Positions 52,220-61,815 of a stretch of DNA of 61,815 nucleotides are shown in pieces (positions within the stretch are counted from its first letter, which is position 1; every line of letters starts with the position of its first letter). A model generated the notes under the pieces. The model was not told the DNA's origin, searched no databases, and was given only the letters and a program-made list of their open reading frames with translations. Made by a program: the position numbers and the translations under genes. This DNA comes from Selaginella moellendorffii. Taxonomy: Eukaryota > Plantae > Lycopodiophyta. The stretch covers positions 363,572-425,386 of the forward strand of contig NW_003314360.1 of assembly GCF_000143415.4 (NCBI RefSeq), written 5' to 3'.

Positions 52220-52224
52220 ACTTT
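52152..52224 (+). rRNA. 28S (25S/26S) rRNA fragment, 5' half (orphon, non-functional)
   Basis: CAGCCAAGGGAACGGACTTGGAAGAATCAGCCGGGAAAGAAGACCCTGTTGAGCTTGACTCTAGTCCGACTTT matches the conserved eukaryotic LSU core with few substitutions. Confidence 0.92.
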
Positions 52225-53881
52225 GTCAATGGGGGCTTTTCATATTTATCCTCTTGAAAAACCATAGAGGTCTAGTTTCGACATGCTCGAAACTGGCAAA
52301 GAGCATATGGGGGGGTTGAGAAGAGGGGAGGATCCCTAGAACTAGAGTGCGGTTCGGTTCTGTGCAGATCAGATCAAGGAACTAGTGTCCGGTTCTGTGC
52401 TGCCCAAAGCCATGCCACTCACTCCGCAAACGCGTGCTCCCTATCCGTACTGGTGGTGAACTTCGCGCCTTATCCATGGTCCTCAGCCTCATCTCTCCCA
52501 TGTGGTTGCATCTACAGATGTGAAGGACTTGAGTCAATCGTGAGATCAGTGAAGGTACACCGCCCTTGCTTGATCTCCATCTGTATGACGCCTACAGTTT
52601 TCCAGAGATATAAGAAGCCCCTGGAGATGTACTGTCCTGGATCCCACAGTGCGGTGAACTGAGGAGGAGTGTGCCGTCTCCGGTAATGGTGATGCTGCTG
52701 CTGCCTGGGAGTCCTCTCCTCGCTGCTGTGTGACTGATCCCCTCCAACTGGGATTGCTGTTTCCAGCCTCCCATCAGGCCGTGCAAGTGTAGTGCCGCCA
52801 CGCCAGTCCCACGGCCTCATACCAGTGTAGCCGTACCCTTGGCACTATCCATCTGGAATCACAACCAAAGGCGAGCCGCTCCTTTCGGATCCGGGTTGAA
52901 GCTACGTTTCCGTACTCCAACAAGCTAGCCTGATGCAGCTTCTGACACGAGCCGTGCCCCTCGAAACATCCCATACATCAAATGGCGTTGCTCCGAGTGC
53001 CTTGATCATGGTGGATCCACAACCAAGGCAAGAAAGGGATCAGCCAACACAGCTGTACCGTACAAATTGGGACTTCAGTGTGCCGTCGAAAGTTGTTCCT
53101 TTGCCGATTGGGACTAGGTGTACAATCGGAGGGTAGGGAAGTGCTGCCACGTAGTTTGAAGGACCCGGTGCGTGTCGGAGAATAGTGTCCTTTGCATATT
53201 CAAACGAGCAGCCGTAACGGCGCCAAGCGAGTTGTCCCCTCCTTAGGTGGAGCTTGGCTCTCCGGACCCCAAAACTCCGAACCCCAAGTGAATGAGGAAG
53301 GAAGGACGCTGCCGATGAGGTTCTGTGCAGCTAGTGTCCTTGGAAGAAGTTCCAGCAACCGTGGACTCCAAAGCCCCCAACTTGAACCATGTTCCGAAAT
53401 TTGAACGTTTGGATCTTGCTCGTGAACCGTTGGATTGCCACGAAGTTTTGCTGGCGTGTGCTCCTTCGGAGGATCTATCTTCCCACCGTTGCGATCAGTG
53501 AAAAGGTACGTGGTTCAGCCGCCGCCGCAATCCCCAGGTCGTCCATAACCCTAGCCGCCACCAGAGATAGGGTCGCCTTGATCTCCTGATTCCTGGCTCC
53601 AAATCGCCTGTTCTTGGACTCAGAATGATCGTGGGGATGTGCTCTCTCCAGCCGTGAAAAAGAATCGTGGGAAATCCATGTGGAGAGCTCGCAGTGACTA
53701 AAAGAGTACTCTTGACGCTTTCTCGCTCATGGAACATGCAAATCCAGTGAAACCAAGGCACGGCTTGCTCTCAGCATCGTCCTTATTGCTCTCCTAGTCC
53801 TACTCCTACTCTGGATCAAGCACGAAAGTCGACTCTCAAGGCACTCCTCTTCTCGCTAAACTTAGGGTTTTTTTTCTCTCT
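52225..53881 (-). mobile_element. Unit A: non-autonomous retroelement family 1 (apparently full length, about 1.66 kb)
   Basis: Bounded by CTAGTCCGACTTT; its 3' end resembles the LINE 3' end incl. the GTTTCG-ACATGCT-CGAAAC stem-loop; no RT ORF; telo-box at the 5' end. Confidence 0.75.
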
Positions 53882-53910
53882 CTAGTCCGACTTTTCACTA
53901 GTCCGACTTT

Positions 53911-55994
53911 TTTTGTTAAACGGGGCTTTTATTCACCAGAAAACCAAAACTGGGCTGAGTTTCGTTAAGGCACGAAACCAGCAAAGAGCCGCGACAGAAA
54001 GTTTCGTCGTGCACGAAACCAACAAAGAGCAATAGGGGGGGTCTTCACGTGGAGGTACTTTGTAGAAAAACTCGCCGCAGACTTTTATCTCAAGCCATGG
54101 TCTTGAGTAGAGCCAGCAGAAAGATGATGGGAGAAGCTCCAAGTACCAAGGAACCAGCCTTTACGACTTGAGAGTAGAGTTACTGAAGAACTTGTCTCTC
54201 TTGATCCCTTAAGGAGAGACTCCAGGTGCCAAGGGGTCAGTGCTGAGAGGGGAGTTGCTCACAAGCTTGACGGCTCATGCTGTCGCGATTGTGGAATCCA
54301 GAACCCTGTCCAGTGGCGTCCACAATCACTCGTGAGTACTTGCCTCTCTTGATCCCCTCAGAGGGCATGCCTTACATCGTCTTTGTGCCTCGTCGAGTCT
54401 CTGAACTGAAGTGTATCTGACCATAAGTATTTCTTGAAACCTTGGAGGTACCCCATGGACGTACACTGCTCTCCCTTGGTTTCTTCTTGTGCACTTTCAT
54501 ATCTGCCCCCCGCTGTAAGCTGCTGATGATCGGACCCTACTGAGACTCAGTACCAATCTTGTCGCTCGTCGGTGTCGAGTGCTCTTGTTGGTGCCTTTGC
54601 TCTGGTCCATGTCTTTATCTTGAGTGTCTTCATAGCTAGGGCCAAAGAACTCATTCATTGTGACCACACTAAACACCCTCAATTGTCGTAGAGAAGCTGG
54701 ATGTTTGCCCAAGTGTTGGTGACGAAATCCTCCTCACGTGGGGAGCCTTGTTTCCAAACCTCCACCATTGTCGACCTTGAAGAAACCCACAAAGAGAACC
54801 ACCTCCTTGATAAGTCATCAAGATCGACAAACTTGAAGCAAGGTCGCGTACGACACCATCACTTCAAGCTCCCAATCCTTGGCAAGAATCACCTTACAAG
54901 TCTTGGGGATGAAGAGGATCTCCTTCACCTTGCTTGAGCTCACCACTGTCCATGGAGCAGGCCTCCAGACCCCCAGAAAGAAAACCGTGGAGTAACGAAG
55001 GACAAGTCTAAGCAGCAAGCCGAGGACTCAAATACTTAGATCTCCTTCCTCCACCGTTTGATCTTCCTGAAAATCTGAAGGCCGACTCTCCATATTCAGC
55101 TCCAACTTCTCACCGACGTGATCTCGAAACGAGTGCATTAGCCAGGAGAACCAGCCGCTCGAACTTACACTGGACTTCACTTGTTTGAACCATGAAACTT
55201 GAGCTGACAGATCTTGCAGCCCAGCCGTTAGATCTTCGTGAAACTTTGTAGGCGCAATCTCCCTAGCGTCTTCTAGCTTCTCACCAGAGCGATTTTTGGT
55301 CCGATGTCGCCTAAAGCAGCCACAGCTGACCCATTCTCGCCTCAAACCTTAGCCGCCCAAGTGCCTAGGGTCACTTGTATCTTCCCAGATCTTTATCCAA
55401 ACGGCCTGCATCTAGTGACAGAGTGTCTTTGCCTTGTAGAACCCCAGCCGTGGAGAAGAAAAGAGAAGCCCAGCCGGTGATGAGTGCCAGACGCTCAAAC
55501 TTCCACTGGCCCACACTTGCTTGAACCGTGAACTTCGAGCAGACGGATCTCGCAACCCAGCCGTTAGATCTTCTTGAAATCTTGTAGTTGCAGTCTCCCT
55601 GGTGTCTTCTAGCTTCTCACCAGAGCGATCTCAGATCAGATGGCGCATATAGCAGTCGCAGCCGACCCTTGCTCACCCCGAACCCTAGCCGCCGACATGA
55701 CTAGGGCCACTTCGATCTTCTCGGATTTCAATCCAAACGGCCTGCAGATAGCGACAGAGTGTTGCCTTGCATTGTAGGAGCCCAGCCGTGGATAGAACAG
55801 AGAAGACCAGCCAGTGATGAGAGCAAAACAAAAGATTTTTCGATGAAGTGCCCAATATTGCTTGTGCCTTCGATTCTTGAGGGGGCGCCTTGATTCAGCA
55901 GCTCACAGGACTTCTACACTACCTCCTCTACACTAGATCTGGCCACGGAAGTCGACTCTCAATGCGCCATCTCCTCCTCTCCGTCTAGGGTTTT
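53911..55994 (-). mobile_element. Unit B: non-autonomous retroelement family 2 (about 2.08 kb)
   Basis: Bounded by the same TSD; two GTTTCG-N7/8-CGAAAC..CAAAGAGC stem-loops at the 3' end; 5' motif AAGTCGACTCTCAA...TAGGGTTTT shared with unit A. Confidence 0.7.
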
Positions 55995-56030
55995 CTAGTC
56001 CGACTTTTCTAGTCCCACTAGTCCGACTTT

Positions 56031-56518
56031 TTGTCAATGGGGTTTTATTTAGTTTAGCCTCTATAAACCATAGAGTCCGATTTCGACATGCTCGAAACCG
56101 GGAAAGAGCTCTTCAAGATTTTTAGGGGGGGTGGGACGAGGGGGACGAAGTAGAACTGGTACTCGAGCCCGTGATGTCTGAGCTCCAAGCTTTCGAAGTT
56201 CCTGATGTGGAACTCTGTCGACTCGGGGAGGTACACGTGCTTTCGTTCCTGAACATGTGCTGCCAAATCCATATTGGTGGCTTCCACGTCCATTCTTCTT
56301 CTCCAGCCTCGCTTCTTCCTCTAAAAAACAGCCACAGCTTCTTCTCCTTCGCTATCTTCCCTTCCTCGCCTCGTTTGATCAGCGTGTCCAGGCGGGCCGC
56401 GAGTGAGACGATCAGTCTGGACCAAACCTTTGAGATAGTTGCTCGAGCCGAGGGGTCCGTGTCCTCGAACAGCCTGGCGCAGCGAGCCTTCCATATCTCT
56501 GCTAGTGTGCATCCCCGA
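56031..56518 (-). mobile_element. Unit C: 5'-truncated LINE 3' end (488 bp)
   Basis: Near-identical to 57543-58029; bounded by the TSD. Confidence 0.9.
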
Positions 56519-56531
56519 CTAGTCCGACTTT

Positions 56532-57529
56532 TTGTCAATGGGGGCTTTTCATATTTATCCTCTTGAAAAACCATAGAGGTCCAGTTTCGACATGCTCGAA
56601 ACTGGCAAAGAGCATATGGGGGGGTTGAGAAGAGGGGAGGATCCCTAGAACTAGAGTGCAGTTCGGTTCTGTGCAGATCAGATCAAGGAACTAGTGTCCG
56701 GTTCTGTGCTGCCCAAAGCCATGCCACTCACTCCGCAAACGCGTGCTCCCTATCCGTACTGGTGGTGAACTTCGCGCCTTATCCATGGTCCCCAGCCTCA
56801 TCTCTCCCATGTGGTTGCATCTACAAATGTGAAGGACTTGAGTCGATCGTGAGATCAGTGAAGGTACACCGCCCTTGCTTGATCTCCATCTGTATGACGC
56901 CTACAGTTTTCCAGAGATATAAGAAGCCCCTGGAGATGTACTGTCCTAGATCCCACAGTGCGGTGAACTGAGGAGGAGTGTGCCGTCTCCGGTAATGGTG
57001 ATGCTGCTGCTGCCTGGGAGTCCTCTCCTCACTGCTGTGTGACTGATCCCCTCCAACTGGGATTGCTGTTTCCAGCCTCCCATCAGGCCGTGCAAGTGTA
57101 GTGCCGCCACGCCAGTCCCACGGCCTCATACCAGTGTAGCCGTACCCTTGGTGCTATCCATCTGGAATCACAACCAAAGGCGAGCCGCTCCTTTCGGATC
57201 CGGGTTGAAGCTACGTTTCCGTACTCCAACAAGCTAGCCTGATGCAGCTTCTGACACGAGCCGTGCCCCTCGAAACATCCCATACATCAAATGGCGTTGC
57301 TCCGAGTGCCTTGATCATGGTGGATCCACAACCAAGGCAAGAAAGGGATCAGCCAACACAGCTGTACCGTACAAATTGGGACTTCAGTGTGCCGTCGAAA
57401 GTTGTTCCTTTGCCGATTGGGACTAGGTGTACAATCGGAGGGTAGGGAAGTGCTGCCACGTAGTTTGAAGGACCCGGTGCGTGTCGGAGAATAGTGTCCT
57501 TTGCATATTCAAACGAGCAGCCGTAACGA
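56532..57529 (-). mobile_element. Unit D: 5'-truncated copy of family 1 (about 1 kb)
   Basis: Near-identical to 52225-53219; bounded by the TSD. Confidence 0.9.
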
Positions 57530-57542
57530 CTAGTCCGACTTT

Positions 57543-59956
57543 TTGTCAATGGGGTTTTATTTAGTTTAGCCTCTATAAACCATAGAGTCCGATTTCGACA
57601 TGCTCGAAACCGGGAAAGAGCTCTTCAAGATTTTTAGGGGGGGTGGGACGAGGGGGACGAAGTAGAACTGGTACTCGAGCCCGTGATGTCTGAGCTCCAA
57701 GCTTTCGAAGTTCCTGATGTGGAACTCTGTCGACTCGGGGAGGTACACGTGCTTTCGTTCCTGAACATGTGCTGCCAAATCCATATTGGTGGCTTCCACG
57801 TCCATTCTTCTTCTCCAGCCTCGCTTCTTCCTCTAAAAAACGGCCACAGCTTCTTCTCCTTCGCTATCTTCCCTTCCTCGCCTCGTTTGATCAGCGTGTC
57901 CAGGCGGGCCGCGAGTGAGACGATCAGTCTGGACCAAACCTTTGAGATAGTTGCTCGAGCCGAGGGGTCCGTGTCCTCGAACAGCCTGGCGCAGCGAGCC
58001 TTCCATATCTCTGCTAGTGTGCATCCCCGAAGCGCATCAAAGAGCTCCTGGTGGAGGTGCGTAATGTGTGTCCGAGTTTGGTTGAGTTGATCAAAGTGTG
58101 GGGCCTCATTGTGTCTCCACTTCCATGCATCAGGATTCTTTGTTTTTCCTTGGATGAAGCTACCCCAGAGTGCTGATTCGTATGTGATTGCAGCTCCTCC
58201 GGTTGACGTTTGTTTGAGCACCGCTGCTGCACCTTCCCATACTTCCTGTGCTGCCGGACATTCCCATAAGATGTGTCGCTGTGTTTCTGTGGCGCCACAG
58301 GTCTTGCAGGCTGTGTTCGGAAGATGTATGGCAACCAGGGAGGGAAGACGTTCTTGTTGGGCCAGCCACATGAAGTAGCGGTTCTTAGCTGACCAGCGCC
58401 CTTTCCAGATCTTGTTGATGCAGTGTGAGTGGTTCCTGGAACGGATCTGTTGGGCCTTTGCTTTCCGGATGAGGGAGGATCGAGTTGGCACCCTGATCAG
58501 CTTGCGGCCCAGCTTGGTCTCGTACTGGAAGAAGTCCTTGCACGTGGTTCCCCTCCAATGCCACTCTGCAGGATCCCACTTGAGTTCGTCCAGGGTTTGT
58601 TGGCGGAACCAGTAGAGGCGGGCATATTGGTTTTTTGGGATCAGTGGATCAACGTTGGCAGTTTTTTTCTCCATTTGAATCACTCTGATCGGTTTGGCCC
58701 TGCTCATGTCGGGGAGGTCCTCGTACTCGGGGGTAACGATGGGGTACAAGCGTCCAGCCTGTCCTGCCTTGAAGACTAGTCCCGATGCCATGTTGGGGAG
58801 GGTGCATACGATCGATTCGTCCAGCTTCCACCAACGATGGTGTTGATCCTCTTGCAGGTTTAGTCGTTCAAGGCATGCGTGTTTGGCTGCTAAAAAGGCT
58901 GTCTGGAATTTACGCATCCTGTGTTCTGAGATGGTTAATCCGTAGAAAGTACTGATGCGGTCGCGATTGTGGGCCGTCTGGTTGGGCTGGATCATGGTGT
59001 CTGCCTCTGCGAAGGTTCTCATCCCTGCTCGGTGCAGGTCTCTACATGTCTGGTCCAGGCCGCGATCCTCTGAAGCTCCGAGCGTTTTACCGTTGACCGC
59101 GAAGAGTTTGCTTAGGAAAATTGGCTGCCGGTCCAGTTGTTCTTTGGTACGAGGTGGTTTACGTTCCAGCTTGCACTTGAATTGCCTCCAGAGCTTGAAC
59201 AGCTTTCCTGAGAACGTGTGAGCCTTTGTCATTTTGAGTTTGGTGTCTGAGAAGAGCCATTGTTCGTCTGGCGCCCAGTTTTGTCTGGTGTGCTCGTTCC
59301 TGTCCGGGAGGACTTTCAAAAATTGTGCTCGCAGCAGTATTCTCCATGGTTGGTGGCCAGGCATGAGCATCCTTGTGAAAATTTTGAAGAGAAGAGCCTT
59401 GCATTGTTCTTCGATGTCAATAATATTGAGGCCACCTTCGTGCTTTGGAAGTGTTACTGACCGCCAGTTGACCTTTGCTCCACCACGCGACACGCAGGAG
59501 GAGCCTTTCCAGACATAGGTTCGAATGAGTTGGTTCATTTCCTGGATCGTTCGCCTGTCCATGTTCCAGCATGCTGCCAGGAACCAGATCGCTCCAAGTA
59601 GGATGCTGTTAGCCACCACGCAGCGTGCTGAGAACGATAGTTTTCTGCTCGCCCAGAACTTGAGTTGATCCCTTAGTTTTGTTACTGCTTTTTGGTTCTG
59701 GGGTTCTGGATCATACTGGCGTCCCACTTGGAATCCAAGGTAGCGGGTGGTCTCTTCCGTGTCCAGCCATTTGAAGCCCAGCTCCGTGCCCCATGTTGGA
59801 GGTCTGCCGGGGGGGAGCCATAGTCCTACCGATTTGTGCCAGTTTGTTTTCGATCCCATGGCCTCATTGAAAAAGTCCAGGTCCCTTTTGACGCTTGAGA
59901 GGTTCTCCGGTGATCCCTCCACGATCAGGCTTGTGTCGTCTGCAAAGGCTGAGGAA
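57543..59956 (-). mobile_element. Unit E: 5'-truncated L1/Tx1-type LINE, ORF2 C-terminal part (RT from FADD, zf-RVT)
   Basis: AFADDT, NWHKS, RYLGF, LSFSARCVVANS, KVNWRSVTLPKHEGGLNI, CKTCGATETQRHILWEC and IWKARC..LF; frame open to 57634. Confidence 0.92.
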
Positions 59957-60029
59957 CTAGTCCGACTTTTTGAAATGACTTGAGAGGTGTAGAATAAGTG
60001 GGAGCTTCGGCGCAAGTGAAATACCACTA
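59957..60029 (+). rRNA. 28S rRNA fragment, 3' half
   Basis: CTAGTCCGACTTTTTGAAATGACTTGAGAGGTGTAGAATAAGTGGGAGCTTCGGCGCAAGTGAAATACCACTA directly continues the 52152-52224 LSU sequence. Confidence 0.92.
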
Positions 60030-61815
60030 ATGGTAAGTCTTTTAGGCCAAGTAGAAAATGGCATGAGGCCACATGCCATTCAGTAGCAACATTGGCATGC
60101 ACCGATTGGGCTCTCGAGTGCAGTCCAGTTACAGATGGCGTGTCTGTCACTTGGATCCAGCAACTGTCAATGTGGATGCAGAGAAGGGGGAGGAGCTCAC
60201 CAGTTGGACTATCGGGATGGAAGGCGAGGATCTGAGGCTGTACAACACAGATGGTGGGAGAAAAGAATGCATGGGGATCCTCATCCAAGTGACAGACACT
60301 CCATGCAGTTCCATGCAAGAATATGGACTGGCACTTGTGGTAGAGACAGCGTTCGCCTTCAAGATCCACCTTGCACATCCTAGCGGCTTCCCGGAGGGGG
60401 GCAGCGGCTATGAGGAATTCCTAGAGGGAGCTAGGGAGAGGTTGTCTAGGAAGCCCACAATTTCAAAGACGCTGCGGGTCTATGAAGATCACATGGAATC
60501 CACGGACCTCACCTACGGCGATGTTCAAAAACTATATTCCAACATTGAGCCGTTGAGAGTGCCTCCAGTTCGCGAAACGAAGGGGAAGGGGGTCGATCTG
60601 GAAACTACCCCGAAGCAGAAAAGGGTGGTCAAGCTCAAGCCGACGTCCGACTCTCCTACTCCAAAAAAGAAGCTACTCGGTGATGCCATTGCCTCGGGTT
60701 CGAACATTACACCCACCAAAAAGAAGAGCCGCAAAGAGCAGAAAGAGCAAGAAGAGGCAGCAAAAATCGTCGCAGATAATAGTACTTGTTACTATTCCAA
60801 CAAAGTATATACAATCGACGTGAGCCGTATCGACATCTAAAGCAAATACAACCACAGGCTAGTATCTGATGAGTGGGTGGAGAAATTGAAGCAGAAGATG
60901 CTGGCAAGTCCAGTAACACCCAACATCGCAGACGTGATCCCCTACTACCGAACAATGAAGGGCGAGACGAGGTTTCCAGACTTGATCAATAGGAAGGTGT
61001 TGGACGATCAGAAAATCCGGTTCTATGCCGTCTCCGGGCAACATTCTAGCTTGGCGATGCAAGAGATAGTTGTGGATATTATGGTGGGCGAGGAGGTGAA
61101 GAAAGTCTTCAAGACAAGAGTTGTCCGCCTGATAAAAGGCAACTCGCCCCTCCGATCTATCATATACATCTCCCACGCGCAGAATGTCAAGCAAGAAACA
61201 TGCTACAAATCGGGTCTGCACGAGACATTGGCACGAACACGGAAGCTCTGGGTTCAACTGAAGAAGCCACAAAAACTAGGACAAGGACGTGCACTAGCAA
61301 CTAGCGCCTGGCAGGTAAGCCTCGTTGCATGTGGCATAGCATGTGGCCTCACGCCATTTCCATTGCAGGAATTCTCGAGTCTTCTCTCGAAAACACTGGG
61401 GGTCAATGACACACTCAGCATCCATAACATTCTACTCGCGACAAAAGTTGTTTTTGACAAATGGGTAGATGTGTTAAGGAGGTACCATGACGGGGAGTTG
61501 TTAAACTCAATGGGTGTGGAGGACGGCTGGAAGCCCAATGATTTGAAGCTCAACACCTTGCGTTTCTCGCGGTCTCTAGACGACGACGGCCTTCTGACAG
61601 TGGCTAATGCTCTTCTACGTGGTGAGGTAGTCTTCAACAAGACCAAAATGACTCCCGGCCATATTGTGACATACGAGGACTTGTGCATGACTCTGAGAGC
61701 TCGTGCGCTATTGAAGGATTGGATCTTCGAGCAAGTGGGCGTGGAGAGGGTGAGCATCGACACCACGCAAGAGATGATGGAAGAGCTTGGATTTGTCAAA
61801 CTGAAGACATCGACG

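Larger units (their letters stand above)
44706..61815 (+). mobile_element. Sola1-like TIR DNA transposon copy 2 (left end; runs off the window), containing the 28S/LINE insertion
   Basis: Left TIR GCTTTATTTCGTTAAAGTGGGA at 44706-44727, exactly where gypsy homology stops; transposase, hairpin, ParB gene and palindromes lie inside. Confidence 0.75.
51700..61815 (+). pseudogene. ParB-MTase gene copy 2, disrupted (28S/LINE array, deletion, CAA->TAA at 60838)
   Basis: Colinear with copy 1; RS/Pro-rich first exon about 51700-52010; runs off the window. Confidence 0.7.

Noticed and set aside
52212-59969. CRISPR array (repeats separated by unique sequence)
   Set aside because: The repeats are 13-bp TSDs of 28S sequence, the spacers are 0.5-2.4-kb retroelements, there are no cas genes, and the context is eukaryotic.
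52152-60029. True rDNA locus
   Set aside because: Only about 135 nt of LSU is present, with substitutions and no flanking rDNA.
57634-60378. 914-aa ORF as a genuine fusion protein
   Set aside because: The first ~140 aa are the antisense of the ParB gene plus the 28S fragment; LINE homology starts only at the TSD (59956). It is a chance open frame.

Overview
Repeat-dense, non-seed land-plant-like nuclear DNA: introns of about 40-55 nt, Cassandra TRIMs and heavy C->T decay. A lycophyte such as Selaginella is my inference, not a verified result. It is a nest of transposons with no clearly intact host gene. Main results: (1) Two direct copies (1-5002 and 44706->end) of a roughly 12-kb TIR DNA transposon. 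It has a Sola1/DUF7869-like DDD transposase, a divergently transcribed ParB/Srx + degenerate beta-class N4/N6 DNA-methyltransferase fusion gene and a 190-bp central hairpin. More than 20 copies of a 22-bp palindrome (ATGGCRTGWGGCCWCAYGCCAT) sit mostly in its introns and UTRs and were not seen outside it. (2) An adjacent Mutator-like element carries a second, diverged ParB-MTase gene and the same small 'SPYYTPG' ORF, so two transposon superfamilies share cargo. (3) A roughly 135-nt 28S rRNA fragment is split by a 7.7-kb head-to-tail array of five antisense non-LTR insertions, all at one site and separated by the target duplication CTAGTCCGACTTT. The array comprises an L1/Tx1-type LINE and two non-autonomous partner families that share a 3' stem-loop. 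The rest is Ty3/gypsy, hAT, MULE, Penelope-like and solo-LTR debris.
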